This document shows positions 37,624 through 51,066 of a stretch of DNA of 64,000 nucleotides, piece by piece. The notes beneath the pieces are model-generated. The model ran no database searches, had not been told where the DNA came from, and saw nothing but the letters and a program-made list of their open reading frames with translations. Both the position numbers and the translations under genes were made by a program. Positions within the stretch are counted from its first letter, which is position 1, and each line of letters begins with the position of its first letter. The stretch comes from Ministeria vibrans ATCC 50519 (Eukaryota; Protista; Filasterea): positions 33,823 through 97,822 of the forward strand of contig CALSCP010002461.1 of the NCBI GenBank assembly GCA_943704425.1. The letters are read 5' to 3'.

Positions 37624-39669
37624 TTACTTCTTCTCGGTCATGTTAATGCCCAGCATGCCCAGAATATTACTGGTGGGCCCAGGAAGTCCAGCCTGCGACG
37701 AATACGATTCAAGCAGTGACGAGAGCATGTTGAGATCAATGTCGACAGGCGTCCTATCGTCGGCACTGTCCGTGGTTGTTGACGCGGCGGTGGTAGCCGA
37801 TGCAAAACTTTCCTGAAGTGTGGAGTCGCGCAGCTGTTCATCCATGGCACTGTAGTACTCCTGTGTGTCCGCATCACCCACTTGCTCTTTCATCACCAAC
37901 TCCCCTTCGTCCTCGTCCTCCTCCTCGCTGTTCCCATTTACGAATGGCCCTTTGAGACTCGCCATCATCCCGTCAAAGTCAAAGGACACATCCCCACTCC
38001 CTTCCCCTTCCTCCGCCGCCACTTCCACTCCGCTAAACTCACTCACCCCCGACAAAAACCCTTTGAGGCGGTCCATCGACTGCGCCATCATCCGCCCATC
38101 CTTCACTTCCTTCTCCTTCTCCTCCTCCTCCTCCTCTTCATCGCCGTCAATGAGATCCTTCTCTGTCATCTCACTCTGTCTGTGCCGCTCCAACATCTCC
38201 TCCAGTCCCGTCGGAGTCACCTCCAGCCAGGCCAAGTCATCGTCGTCGCTTGGCCGTCCCTCGCGGTCCCCCGCCACCTCAGCGATCTCGCCTGTCCGCC
38301 CAAACAACTCTCGCGCACGCGCATTAGCCACCTCCCGCCACGTCAGCGCATCCGGTGTACTGGTCACACTACTCTCATCCTCGACCGTACGCCCATAGTG
38401 TTCCACTGCAGCACGCCACAGCTCCCTATAGAGCACAGTGCCCTCAGGCTCTCCACGAAAATACCCAGAGGCCCTCAACAGCGTCACATACTTGTCCCAC
38501 GCCGCACCCGACGGCATGGATGATCGAGCTTCCTCTCCTCCATCTCCGGGCGAACCCTTCTTCTTGGACTTGTACTGCGATGCCAATAGAATCTCAAAGC
38601 CACAGGCAAGCTTGATGCCCAGCTCCCACGCAGCCATATACTCGGGAGAGTCGGGCGGCATGCCAAATGTCTTGGGTGCACCCAGTCGCTCGCTGGAGAG
38701 TTGCACAAAGAGCATGCGGTTGAAGGCGACGCGAACAGGCACGAGGGGAGTAAGAGGCGCAACAGCTGTGGGAGCGCGACACGCGCGCATGTCAATAGGA
38801 TCACGGTCGCACAGCACACGCACTGCCGCAGCTACAAGTTGCGGCTCCGCAAGGACGACTTGCGCAACGCGTTGGGGTAGCATGAGACATGCGTGGTGTG
38901 TGTGCGGCACGGGAACACGACCGTGGCGTCGCGCACACGACACTGTCTCTATGCGCTCCCAGATGCACTCGTGAAAACGAGTGTCAGCACGTGTGTCGAG
39001 CGACGCGTCGGCAAGCAGTGCAAGACATGCTTCAATGGGAGGCGGAGTGATGCCCGGGAACACTGTGATTTCCCGCGGTGTGCGCGGCGGCGGGATGAGA
39101 TGAAAGGAGCCGGCAAAGAGCCACACTCGCCCCCGCCCAGTATGCTCGCCTTCAACCCAGCGGGGCAACACATTGGCACACTCGATGAGCAGGAACTCGC
39201 CCTCGCCGTCGCTCAGTCGCACGGCAACGTCTCGGCCATGCCGCTCACTCACCTCCACACACAATGCCACCACTGCCCATTCTTCGTCGATGTTGTTCTC
39301 TGTCGGATCGAAGACGCCACGCAGCGTGTGCCCGTCGCTCCTGTACAGCTCTGGCGCCCGCCCACTCTGCCAGATGACGCCGGCAAAGCGTTCGCCGACA
39401 AGACGGCAAAAGTCGTCGCGAAAGGTCCTCAACACGTCGTCAGGGCGATCGCTGGTGGGCATGGCGTGCACAACAATCTCCATGCATGTCTGGACGACGC
39501 AGAGAGTGAAAGGGGAGAAGAGGAAGAAGAAGAAGAAGAAGAAGAAGAAGAAGAAGAAGAAGAAGAAGAAGAAGAAGAAAGAGAGAGCGTGTGTGTATGT
39601 GTGCGTAGTAAGAAACGGGGGAGGCGTGCGTGTCGTGCGTACCGAGAGTGTGCCGGGATTCGCATCCAT
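37624..39669 (-). CDS. ECD: Ecdysoneless (ECD/hSGT1) homologue
   Basis: NIDEEWAVV, DGEGEFLLIECANVLPRWV, ELGIKLACGFEIL, GYFRGEPEG, YYSAMDEQL, PVDIDLNMLSSLLESYSSQAGLPGPTSNIL; first intron contains (TTC)n. Confidence 0.93.
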   Translation of the reverse strand: MDANPGTLSVRTTRTPPPFLTTHTYTHALSFFFFFFFFFFFFFFFFFFFLFSPFTLCVVQTCMEIVVHAMPTSDRPDDVLRTFRDDFCRLVGERFAGVIWQSGRAPELYRSDGHTLRGVFDPTENNIDEEWAVVALCVEVSERHGRDVAVRLSDGEGEFLLIECANVLPRWVEGEHTGRGRVWLFAGSFHLIPPPRTPREITVFPGITPPPIEACLALLADASLDTRADTRFHECIWERIETVSCARRHGRVPVPHTHHACLMLPQRVAQVVLAEPQLVAAAVRVLCDRDPIDMRACRAPTAVAPLTPLVPVRVAFNRMLFVQLSSERLGAPKTFGMPPDSPEYMAAWELGIKLACGFEILLASQYKSKKKGSPGDGGEEARSSMPSGAAWDKYVTLLRASGYFRGEPEGTVLYRELWRAAVEHYGRTVEDESSVTSTPDALTWREVANARARELFGRTGEIAEVAGDREGRPSDDDDLAWLEVTPTGLEEMLERHRQSEMTEKDLIDGDEEEEEEEKEKEVKDGRMMAQSMDRLKGFLSGVSEFSGVEVAAEEGEGSGDVSFDFDGMMASLKGPFVNGNSEEEDEDEGELVMKEQVGDADTQEYYSAMDEQLRDSTLQESFASATTAASTTTDSADDRTPVDIDLNMLSSLLESYSSQAGLPGPTSNILGMLGINMTEKK

Positions 39670-39931
39670 CGCAATGTCACACGAATAAAAATAAATTGAA
39701 ATGACTAATGACCGTAATCAAGATCTAGAGCAATCAATGAATGAAACAAAAAGGTAGAGAAGCAGGAGCAGCTGAGCAGCCGCTGAGAAAAGTCTGTCGA
39801 ATCACTTGGGAGCGCTGACTGGTCGACTGAGCGAGTGAAACGACAAATACGTACAAAATATTGTATGAAATACAGATCACTCATACACACGCTTCATCAA
39901 AGAGGCAGGTGTCACACTACAAGGTCGCATT

Positions 39932-39955
39932 CTACTGTTTCGGTTGCTTGTTTTC

Positions 39956-40044
<89 letters not shown>

Positions 40045-40471
40045 AGTGATAGAGAGAGAGGAGCGAGAAAGAAACAAAGTGATAGAGAGAGAGAGAAACA
40101 AAGTGATAGAGAGAGAGGAGCGAGAAAGAAACAAAGTGATAGAGAGAGAGAGAGAGAGGAGGGAGAAAGAAGCAAGATAGAGAGAGATTGAAGTGAGAAG
40201 GAGAGAGCTCAACACAACGACGCTCTCACTTGGCGCTGCAGCGTCCACATCCTCAATGGGGTCTTCGGCAAACATGGCGGCAGAGCCCGGGATCATCGGG
40301 GCGACTGTTCGGATGACCTACGGGCAAGTGAGAGCGGGGGGAGAGTGTGGGCGGTGGGGCACACTCAGCGCGTACGTTCATCTGAATGTACACAATGCAC
40401 AGGGTGCCGCACGACATTGCAGTCGTGAACAAAAGCGATCGGAAGTAGTCACGAGGTGTTCTAATGATCAT
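39932..40471 (-). CDS. Putative 68-aa single-TM microprotein, 3 exons
   Basis: Exons 40376-40471, 40230-40317 and 39932-39954 with GT-AG sites give MIIRTPRDYFRSLLFTTAMSCGTLCIVYIQMN|VIRTVAPMIPGSAAMFAEDPIEDVDAAAP|KNKQPKQ*. Confidence 0.45.
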
Positions 40472-40593
40472 GACGTTCAAAAATTGTGAGATTTTGGATC
40501 CAACAATTGGCAATTTCCAAACTCATCCATGACAGTGCAGATCAACTCAATGATCTCTCAAACACACTTTGTGCACCAGAAAACGCCCTTGCA

Positions 40594-43500
40594 ATGCTGC
40601 TCGCACTGGCGGTGTGTCTCGTTGCGTTTACAGCGACGCAGGCGCAGCAGGCACCCCAGCCGGCGTGTAATGTGTGTCGCTGTCGATCATTGGAGTCATC
40701 GCCAACGAAACTTGAGCTGGACTGTACGAGCCGCGGGATCACCACCATCCAGGTATCTCTGTTTGCTGCACACACACCCTCCCCTGAGCTGCGCTGACAC
40801 CACAGCTCTCTGTAGCAACTTTCGTTTGCTCACTTGGATGTGCAGAGTCTCAACCTCAGTTTGAATGCCATCACATATGTGGGCGCAGCGGCCTTTGCGA
40901 GCATGCCTGGCCTCACGACACTCGACTTGACCTTCAACGCCCTCCGCGCAGTCGACGCCGACGCCTTTTCCAACACATCGTTGACAACACTGAATCTGTC
41001 GCAGAACACAAACCTCGCACGGCTCCCATCGCGCGTGTTTGCCTCCCTGCCCGACCTGACGTCTCTCAACATGAGCTACACCAACATACAGCAGCTGCCG
41101 CCCCACCTGTTTGAGCACAACCTCAATCTCACAGTGTTTGTTATGCTCGACGAGAGCGGGAGTGGTCTCGCTCAGCTGCCGCCCGACACCCTCTTCTCCA
41201 TGAACCGTCAGCTGGAAGTTCTCAAGCTCGCAATGTGGATTAAAATGCCCGAACGTAACGCGACGTTATTCTTTACAAACTTGCCGTCGCTGCGCTACCT
41301 GTACGTGTGGGGCCTGAACCTTCCGTACATGTCGTCGGCCGACTTTGCCGGTCTGCCCTCCCTCACTCAGCTAGAGTTACCCTTCTTGATACTGTTCATC
41401 AACACCCCACTGGACCTATTTGAGCCTCTAAACAGCACTCTGCGCGTCCTCAATATGTTTAACAGTAACCTGCTGTACAACTCGTCGTCGCTTGGCGAAG
41501 TGTACGGCGTCATCAATCCCGCACTCTTTGCACCTCTCCGTCTGCTCACCTCCCTCTACTTCTCATGCAACGTCATCATCAGCACACAGCCTCTCGAGAA
41601 CCCTTCTCTCGTACATCTCGGCTTTGCGGTGTATGACTCCATCACCAACACAAGCACCGTCCTGAGCGCGCGTCTCACCGCTCTCACGAACCTCACCATC
41701 AGCGAGACCACCTTCACAGAGCCCAGCCTCGACTTCTCCATGCTCCCCTCCCTCCACTCCCTCATTCTCTCTGATATCTCCCTCTCCAGCGTGTACGCTG
41801 TCTCTCTCTTCTCCAACTCCTCCCTCGCCACCCTCCACCATCTCCGCATCTTCTCCTGTCTCGACTGCCCCACCAACACCATCCCTCCTCTTCTCCTTCG
41901 CGACACTCACTCCCTCGAAGTCTTCAACTTCCAACAGTCCACTGCTACCCTTCTTCCCCCTTTTTTCTTCGACTCTTGTCCCCATCTTCGCTCCGTCGGT
42001 GTCCAGGGCAACTTTCTTTCCGTCCTTCCAGGTCTCAACACCCAATCTACCCCAATCGCCAATCGTCGGTTAATCTCACCTTTTGTGTTTGTTTCCTTTC
42101 GTTTTTCTTTGCACTATCATCATAGATAATCTCTTTCGGTTTAATTCCGAACTCATTCTTTTCGATGCGGGTACCTTTAACATTTTTATCTGTACTGAAA
42201 TGACTCGCACTGATTGTTTTTTTTGTTCGTGTGCCTATGTGGGTTTAGCGTATAATAATATTCAAACCATTCCCGACAACCTTTTCCAGTACACAAAGTC
42301 CATTGAGAGCATTACTCTGAAGAGTTTTTTTGGATCTCATTTAAGTGAAGGTATTTCCCAACACATTTTTTTTGTTTTTGTTTTTGTTTTTGCGGACCTC
42401 TCACATGTCCAGCCTATCACGTTCTCACCATTATCTCTCTTTCCTCTTTTGTTTGCTTTCTCTTCTCACACGTACACGTTTCTTTCTCTCAGATCTGTTC
42501 CAGGGTCTGACCAACCTGACTTTACTTGACCTCAGCTTCTGCAACAACCTGATTCCTCCCCCTCGTCTCTTTCACAACCTTCACCGTCTTCTCCTTCTCA
42601 ATATCGATCAGACTTTCTTTAACAACTCCTGGCTTGACTCTCTTCCTTTTCGCGATCTTTCCTCTCTGCAAGCCCTTGCCATGTCTTCTAGCCGTGCATC
42701 AGTTCTCGGTTAGTCAGTCACTCACTTTCCCGTCAACACTAATGTATTTTGCATTGCTGTAGGTCCGGTGGGGCTCTTTGACGCAACTACACTCTCCAGT
42801 CTCACGATCTCTAATGCTGGTTTTACGACTGTTGTTCCGGGGGTATTTGGTCCCTTAGGACCAAGTGAGAAGCACTGCAAAGATCACTGAAGAGTGGTGA
42901 TTGTTTTGATTTTTTTTTGTTTTTTCTTCATGTAGCTCTAACATCCTTGTGCGTATCAAGTTGTCAGATTTCCTCACTTGAACCGTTTACCTTTGCCGAA
43001 CTCATCTTACTTGAAAATCTTGATTTATCAGGTACAAAACATAATAAAAATAAGAAAATAAATAAGAAAATAAATAAGAATAATAATAATTTTATTATTT
43101 TTTCAGACAATGCACTGACTGAAATTGAAAGTGGACTGTTCGCACCACTGGTGTCTCTGCAGACAGTCAGTCTGGACAACAATCACATCCGGCAGTTAGG
43201 GTCTGTGTTTGGCTCTGCTCCCTCGTCCATTCCACTGACTTCCTTCTCTGCTACTTTCAACAATATTTCCTTTGTTGACCAGTCGCTCTTTATTCCCGTA
43301 ACGACAATGACATAATTAATCTCCCCAATCAAATTGCTCTATGTGTGTTCTTGACTGATAACCTGGTCACAAAAATAATACGTCTTAATTTTAGACGAGT
43401 TCTATTGAGTCGATTCTGCTCAAATCGAATCGTATCAACTCATTCAACTTTATCGGAAGCAGTCCGATCATTCTTGATTTGAGTTTCAACGAACTGACGA

Positions 43501-44722
43501 TTCTCTCTTTCAACGATTGGTCTATCGTTGAGAGCCGTCTTGTTGTGCTTGATTTGAGTGAAAATCTGCTGTCACAGGTGTGCGAAAAACAACGCTGTTC
43601 TCTCTCTCTCTGAACTCTCATACTCACTTCACTCACGCACCCTCTCGATTGTTATGTCTCATTAAATGTTAGGTTCCAGCTGTTGCTAGTCAGTCAGAAC
43701 TTGTGATTGTCTTTGGCAATCCGTTTCCCGGTCCGTTTTGTCCCGGTGGCACGTTTGGCAAGTTTCCCGTGTGTTCTGTGTGTGCAAGAACATGTCAGGA
43801 TAAGACAACGGAAAAATAGGAACCTCTCCCAATTCATTGTATCACTCTTGTTTTAGGTCTCAACAATTATTATGAGTATAATGGTGTCGTGGGACAGCCC
43901 GCGGGCTGTAGTGCGCCAGGAGATAAGTCGTGTTGCACTGAGGGATATACCGGTACGACGGATGATACTACTCACCAGGCGCTGATCAGTCTCTACTTTC
44001 GTTCGTTTTGTTTTTTTTTTGTTTTTTCTTGTTTTTTGTTTTTTTGTTTTTTCTTCTTCTTTAGGGGAGCAATGCAAATATGTGGTGTCGTGTGCGGCGC
44101 AACCTTGCAACACCGACTTAATCTACCCTTTGCCTAACCAATGCCTGACTGTCAATGTCACGGATAGTCCTGTACCCGCCGTGCGTCCTGTCTGTCAGTG
44201 CACTGTCCCGCCCTTCAGTTACGATGGGCAGTATGGCCCTTCGTGTGTCGCCGAGTGTCCCTCATTGACGTATCCCGTCGACCATGTGCCTGAGATTGGC
44301 TCTGCAGCGTGTCTCCCGTGCAATGTGGCGTGTGTGTATGGGTGTTCTGGGGGCTCCGTCAACGACTGCAACTACTCCAATCCGCCAATTGCACTTGAAG
44401 TGGGTGTTGGCGTGGGACTCAGTGTGCTGATTGTTGGCATAGTGATTACGGTCATTGTGGTGCGGTACATGCGAGGGAAGCAGCTGAAGCAATCGGAGCT
44501 GTATACGCGGTTGCTCGATGAGAAGGATGAGCGAGTGAGAGTGCTGGAGGGGTCGTGGAGTATCGACGCAAAGGATGTTGAGATTCTGGAGCGGATTGGA
44601 CGGGGGTCGTATGGCGATGTGTTTCGAGCGCAGTGGGCTGGAAAGGTGGTCGCCATGAAGAGGGTAAGACGCATGCAGTGTGATGAAAGAGGAAGATTTC
44701 CAGTGTGAGCGTGTGTGTTTGT

Positions 44723-44785
<63 letters not shown>

Positions 44786-45765
44786 CATGTTGTTCTGATT
44801 TTGTTTTAGTTGTTGCATGCGGTGCTGGAGATGGACGAGTCGTCAAAGGCGCAGTTTGCGCGCGAGGTGGACTTTCTGCGGAGTCTCAAACATGCGAATC
44901 TGGTGCACTTTTATGGAACGGGAGTGTATGAGGATGCGACACCATTTATTCTGCTGGAGTTTGTTGAACGGGGGTCGCTCAGGAGTGTGTTGGATGGGGA
45001 AGATGAACTGGACTGGCCGTTGCGAGTGCGCTTTGCACTGGACATTGCGCGTGGGATGCGCCATTTGCACTCGCGCACGCCGCCTCTGTTGCACCGAGAC
45101 CTCAAGAGCGAGAATTGTCTTGTGGACGCAAAGTGGACTGTCAAGGTAGGGAGGGATTGTGCAAGTGGAGTGTGGCTGAGCGTTTTCCATTCAGGTGTCC
45201 GACTTTGGGTCAAGTCAGCTTGCGACAGCGGCGGGTGCGACACGGCCGATTCGTCTGCCTGAGTCGCGCACAGGCAGTCGCGCGTCGTCCACTCGCACTG
45301 CGTCACGCCACACTCGTGAGATGAGTTTGATTGCGTCGGGAGTGAGTGAGGCGAATCCCGGGTCGCTTTTGTGGATGGCGCCGGAGATTTTGAATGGCGA
45401 GCGGTTTATGCGTGCGTCGGACGTGTACTCGTTTGCGATTGTGCTCTGGGAGATTATGACGTAAAAGCAAAACAAAACAGAACAGAAAGCAAAAAGAAAT
45501 AGCCATAATGTTTTGTCATTTGGGACATGCTATGAGTCACTAAACATTGTGGTGTAGACGGGATATTCCATTTTCGGCTGAGCCATCGCTTTCGGCGATC
45601 ACGAGCACTGTGTGCTCGGGCGGCCGACCCGCTGTGGCCACACACACAGACGCACCACCGGCGTACGTTGCCTGCATGCGACACTGTTGGACGCACGCTC
45701 CCCTCTCGGCGCGCCCGTCCTTTGCGGAAATTGTGCCCGCACTGTTGACCATCGAGGAAGAGTAG
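40594..45765 (+). CDS. LRR receptor-like kinase (TKL group), copy A
   Basis: Signal, LRRNT ([15 protein letters not shown]), many LxxLxLxxN repeats, Cys-rich/furin-like stalk, TM ([21 protein letters not shown]), kinase [32 protein letters not shown]. Confidence 0.92.
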
Positions 45766-45952
45766 CCCGACGATATTTCCCTTTTCATGTTTGTTTATGT
45801 TTGATATGTCACGATTCACGAATGAAAGTCAAAAGATTAGTATTATTTTCATTTTTATATGTGTATTAATATTTCTCTCTCTCTCTCTCCTTTTTGAGTA
45901 AACTTTTCGACTTCATTTATTCCTAGTATTATTTTCTGTCACGAGGGTGGTC

Positions 45953-48208
45953 ATGCGACATGCTCTGATCGTGTGGCTCATTGCATGCACCCTGGCTCAG
46001 GCACAGCAGCCGGCGTGCGACGTGTGTCGATGCCATCCGGATGTGTCATCGCCTTCTCTTCAAATCGACTGCTCCAGCCGAGGCATCACCTCCATCCAGG
46101 TACGCGCGACCCCTAGCCCTTACGGACCGTCCGAGTGTGCACAATCATCTGAATTGCCTTGTTTTCTTCTCTTTTTTGGTAGCAATTGGATTTTGAACAC
46201 TTGAACATTCAAACTCTCAATTTAAGTCTCAATGCCATTCCATATGTGGGTTCGCACGCCTTTGCGAGCATGACGAACCTGACGAAGCTAGACTTGACGT
46301 TCAACGCGCTGCACGCAGTCGACAAGGAGGCGTTTGCGAACACATCGCTTGTCTCACTCGATTTGTCACACAACGCAAACTTGGCAGATCTCCCACCGTC
46401 GCTGTTTGCCTCGCTCGCGGGCCTCGCCTTCCTCAACATGAGCTTCACCAACATCCAGAGGCTGCCGACCGACGTCTTTGCGTACAACTCCAACCTGACG
46501 ACTCTCATCATGGACGACAACGATGGCCAGGGTCTGCTCACCTTACCTGCCCCCGACACCTTTGCCAACACCACGCGCCTCGAGTCTCTCAAGCTGTCCC
46601 TGTGGATCGAATCAACTCAGCGAAACCATTCGCTCTTTTTCAGCAACCTGCCGTCGCTGCGCGAGCTCTACCTCTCCGGCTTAACTCTACCCTACCTGTC
46701 CTCCTTCGACTTTCGCGGGCTACCACGTCTCACCCAACTCGAACTCCCCTTGATCGCTGTCACTTTGAATGTCCCTTTAGACGTTTTTGCGCCCCTCAAC
46801 AGCACGCTGCGCGTCCTTAACCTGCGATACAGCCAGTTCCTCTACAACTCGTCGGCAACGGGCATCGTCTACGGTGTCATTGACCCGGCCATTTTCGCTC
46901 CGCTCCGCATGCTCACTACCCTTCAATTTACCTGCGAGACGATCATCAGCACACAACCCCTCGAGAATCCTCTTCTTACCGAGCTCAACTTCGAAGTCCA
47001 ATCGTCCATCAGCAACATGAGTGTCATCCTGAGCGACCGTCTCCCTTCCCTCCACATTCTCGCCGTCTACTTCACTAACTTTGACGAGCCCTTTCTCGAC
47101 TTCTCCATGGTTCCCTCCCTTCAAACCCTCCTTCTCTCCGCCGTTTCCGTCCCCGGCGACGAGCAGTTTTTCTCTAACACCTCTCTTGCCCATCTCCGCA
47201 ACCTCACTATTTTCTCGTGCTCCGACTGCTACGCCACTTCAATTCCTCCATTCCTCCTGCGCGACACTCCGTCCCTCGAAGTCTTCAGCTTTGCCAGTGC
47301 CAGTCTCAATTTTCTTCCTCCACACTTCTTCGACGCCTGTCCTCGACTGCGCGTTGTCTCTCTGCCTTCCAACTCTCTCCAAGCTCTCCCACGTATCACA
47401 CAACCTATGCCATGTTTTATTTTATACTGTGCCATTTCTCTCTCTCTCTCGTTCCTTTAGAAAATCTCTTTCAGTTTTCTCCAAACTTGATTTTCTTTGA
47501 TGTCGGTGAGACACAAAACCAACAACACCATTCTGCCCTCCCTTTCATACACTAATGACGACCCTTTTTTTTATTAGCAAACAATGGGCTGCCGTCCATT
47601 CCCGACGGTCTATTCCACGACACAAAGGCCATTGAGAATATCAATTTGCAGAGTTTCGCGGGAGCGACTCTGAGCGAAGGTCTTGCGACATACGAATGCC
47701 TGAATATCACTCGAACATGCTCATAGTGACTTGAATTCTCATTCTTATTGCCCTATCTCTCTTCTGTTCCCACTCACTATACCATTTCCTGCTCTTTTTT
47801 TTTAGATCTCTTCCAAGGATGCACCAACCTGACCACAATCAATCTGAGCTTCAGCACCTTTCTCTCTCCTCCAAACCGTCTCTTTCGCAATCTACCTAAT
47901 CTCGTGTCCCTCTCATTTAACGATGTCAACTTTGACAATCAGTGGCTGCAGTCACTGCCCTTTCAGGGCCTGACGTCTCTCCAGTCGCTCGTTCTCTCTT
48001 CTAATAAAGCGACGATTCTAGGTCAGGTCACACTCGCTAATCCATTGAAACTCACATCATAATATTCCTTTTTTGTTTACAATGCAGGTCCTGTGTCGTT
48101 ATTTGAGTCTACTCCGCTCGCCACTCTCATCATTGAGGATGCCGGCATTACCAGTGTTGTTCCGGGAGTATTTGGCCCTTTGGGAACGAGTGAGCGAAGC
48201 AAAAAGAG

Positions 48209-48242
<34 letters not shown>

Positions 48243-50013
48243 TCTCAATTTGCTGTCTGCACGTTTCTATGTCTCTTCTTCATCTCTCCCTTTTATCTCA
48301 CGTTGTGTGTTTTTTTCTTTTAGCTTTGACGTCACTCTCATTGTCCAGTTGCCAGATTACTGTTTTGGAGCCGTTCACCTTTGCTGAATTGGTTGCTTTA
48401 GAAGCCCTGGATCTCTCAAGTAATCCAATTTTACAAGCTCTACTAAATAGTCAACTAACCATGTTACTTCAAGACAACGAACTGGCGGAAATTGAAAGCG
48501 GGCTGTTTGCCTCATTGGTCTCACTGCAGACCATCAACCTCAACAACAATAACATCAGTCGTTTGGGCGCTGCCTTTGGTTCTGCTCCCTCCTCCATTCC
48601 CCTGACTTCTTTCTCCGCCACATTCAACAACATTTCCTTTGTTGACCAGTCGCTCTTTATTCCAGTTAGTGATTCTCTTTTATTTCACGGAATTTGCGTA
48701 TTGATGTACCATTCTTTCTGTTGCAGACAAGTAACATTCAATCGCTTCTACTCAAATCAAACCGAATTAGCACAGTGGACTTTGTCACAAGCACTCCGAC
48801 CATTCTTGACCTGAGTTTCAACGAGCTCAACTTTCTCTCTTTCAACAACTGGAACAGCTATGACAACCGTCTTATTGTGCTCGATTTGAGTGAAAACCTT
48901 CTCTCCCAAGTAACACACTATCAAACTAATGTGACAATTCTAAACGTGATGATTAGGTTCCCGTGGTTGTTCGCGATGCTAAATTGGTCATTGTCTTTGG
49001 TAATCCATTTCCCGGTCCTTTTTGTCCCGGTGGCACGTTTGGCGAGTTTCCCGTGTGTTCCGTCTGTGCTACGGAATGTAAGGCAGTCTCAAGACATTCT
49101 TAATAAGAGTTCCAAAATCCTTCACGTTTAACTTTCTTGTGATTATTTTTGTAGGCCTTGACATGTACTATAGCTACACCGGAGACGTGGCCACACTAGC
49201 AGGATGCAGTGGGCCCGGTGCGAAGGCATGCTGCAATGTTGGATTCACTGGTATGAAGTTCCATAGAAGTTTGAGTGATTGCGTTTCAACTCTGCACTGG
49301 TGCTGTCCTTTCTCGTGTTTTTTTTTTCTTTTTTGTTTTGTTTTGTTTTTTTTCTTCTTCTGTAGGGGAGCAATGCAAATATGTGGTGTCGTGTGCGGCG
49401 CAACCTTGCAACACCGACTTAATCTACCCTTTGCCTAACCAATGCCTGACTGTCAATGTCACGGATAGTCCTGTACCCGCCGTGCGTCCTGTCTGTCAGT
49501 GCACTGTCCCGCCCTTCAGTTACGATGGGCAGTATGGCCCTTCGTGTGTCGCCGAGTGTCCCTCATTGACGTATCCCGTCGACCATGTGCCTGAGATTGG
49601 CTCTGCAGCGTGTCTCCCGTGCAATGTGGCGTGTGTGTATGGGTGTTCTGGGGGCTCCGTCAACGACTGCAACTACTCCAATCCGCCAATTGCACTTGAA
49701 GTGGGTGTTGGCGTGGGACTCAGTGTGCTGATCGTTGGCATAGTGATTACGGTCATTGTGGTGCGGTACATGCGAGGGAAGCAGCTGAAGCAATCGGAGC
49801 TGTATACGCGGTTGCTCGATGAGAAGGATGAGCGAGTGAGAGTGCTGGAGGGGTCGTGGAGTATCGACGCAAAGGATGTTGAGATTCTGGAGCGGATTGG
49901 ACGGGGGTCGTATGGCGATGTGTTTCGAGCGCAGTGGGCTGGAAAGGTGGTCGCCATGAAGAGGGTAAGACACATGCAGTGTGATGAAAGAGGAAGATTT
50001 CCAGTGTGAGCGT

Positions 50014-50086
<73 letters not shown>

Positions 50087-51066
50087 CATGTTGTTCCGAT
50101 TTTGTTTTAGTTGTTGCATGCGGTGCTGGAGATGGACGAGTCGTCAAAGGCGCAGTTTGCGCGCGAGGTGGACTTTCTGCGAAGTCTCAAACATGCGAAT
50201 CTGGTGCACTTTTATGGAACGGGAGTGTATGAGGATGCGACACCGTTTATTCTGCTGGAGTTTGTTGAACGGGGGTCGCTCAGGAGTGTGTTGGATGGGG
50301 AAGATGAACTGGACTGGCCGTTGCGAGTGCGCTTTGCACTGGACATTGCGCGTGGGATGCGCCATTTGCACTCGCGCACGCCGCCTCTGTTGCACCGAGA
50401 CCTCAAGAGCGAGAATTGTCTTGTGGACGCAAAGTGGACTGTCAAGGTAGGGAGGGATTGTGCAAGTGGAGTGTGGCTGAGCGTTTTCCATTCAGGTGTC
50501 CGACTTTGGGTCAAGTCAGCTTGCGACAGCGGCGGGTGCGACACGGCCGATTCGTCTGCCTGAGTCGCGCACAGGCAGTCGCGCGTCGTCCACTCGCACT
50601 GCGTCACGCCACACTCGTGAGATGAGTTTGATTGCGTCGGGAGTGAGTGAGGCGAATCCCGGGTCGCTTTTGTGGATGGCGCCGGAGATTTTGAATGGCG
50701 AGCGGTTTATGCGTGCGTCGGACGTGTACTCGTTTGCGATTGTGCTCTGGGAGATTATGACGTAAAAGCAAAACAAAACAGAACAGAAAGCAAAAAGAAA
50801 TAGCCATAATGTTTTGTCATTTGGGACATGCTATGAGTCACTAAACATTGTGGTGTAGACGGGATATTCCATTTTCGGCTGAGCCATCGCTTTCGGCGAT
50901 CACGAGCACTGTGTGCTCGGGCGGCCGACCCGCTGTGGCCACACACACGGACGCACCACCGGCGTACGTTGCCTGTATGCGACACTGTTGGACGCACGCT
51001 CCCCTCTCGGCGCGCCCGTCCTTTGCGGAAATTGTGCCCGCACTGTTGACCATCGAGGAAGAGTGA
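45953..51066 (+). CDS. LRR receptor-like kinase (TKL group), copy B
   Basis: Same exon structure and domains as copy A; kinase exons offset by 5301 bp. Confidence 0.92.

Noticed and set aside
39955-40190. ORFs with RERE/SLSL/VCVC runs here and at 22380-22465, 44710-44785, 53770-53860, 54360-54470, 59566-59645
   Set aside because: Translations of intronic dinucleotide microsatellites
45440-45560. Apparent premature stop after WEIMT in both kinases, suggesting pseudogenes
   Set aside because: A GT-AG intron (AC|GTAAAAG...GTAG|A) restores WEIMTRDIPF
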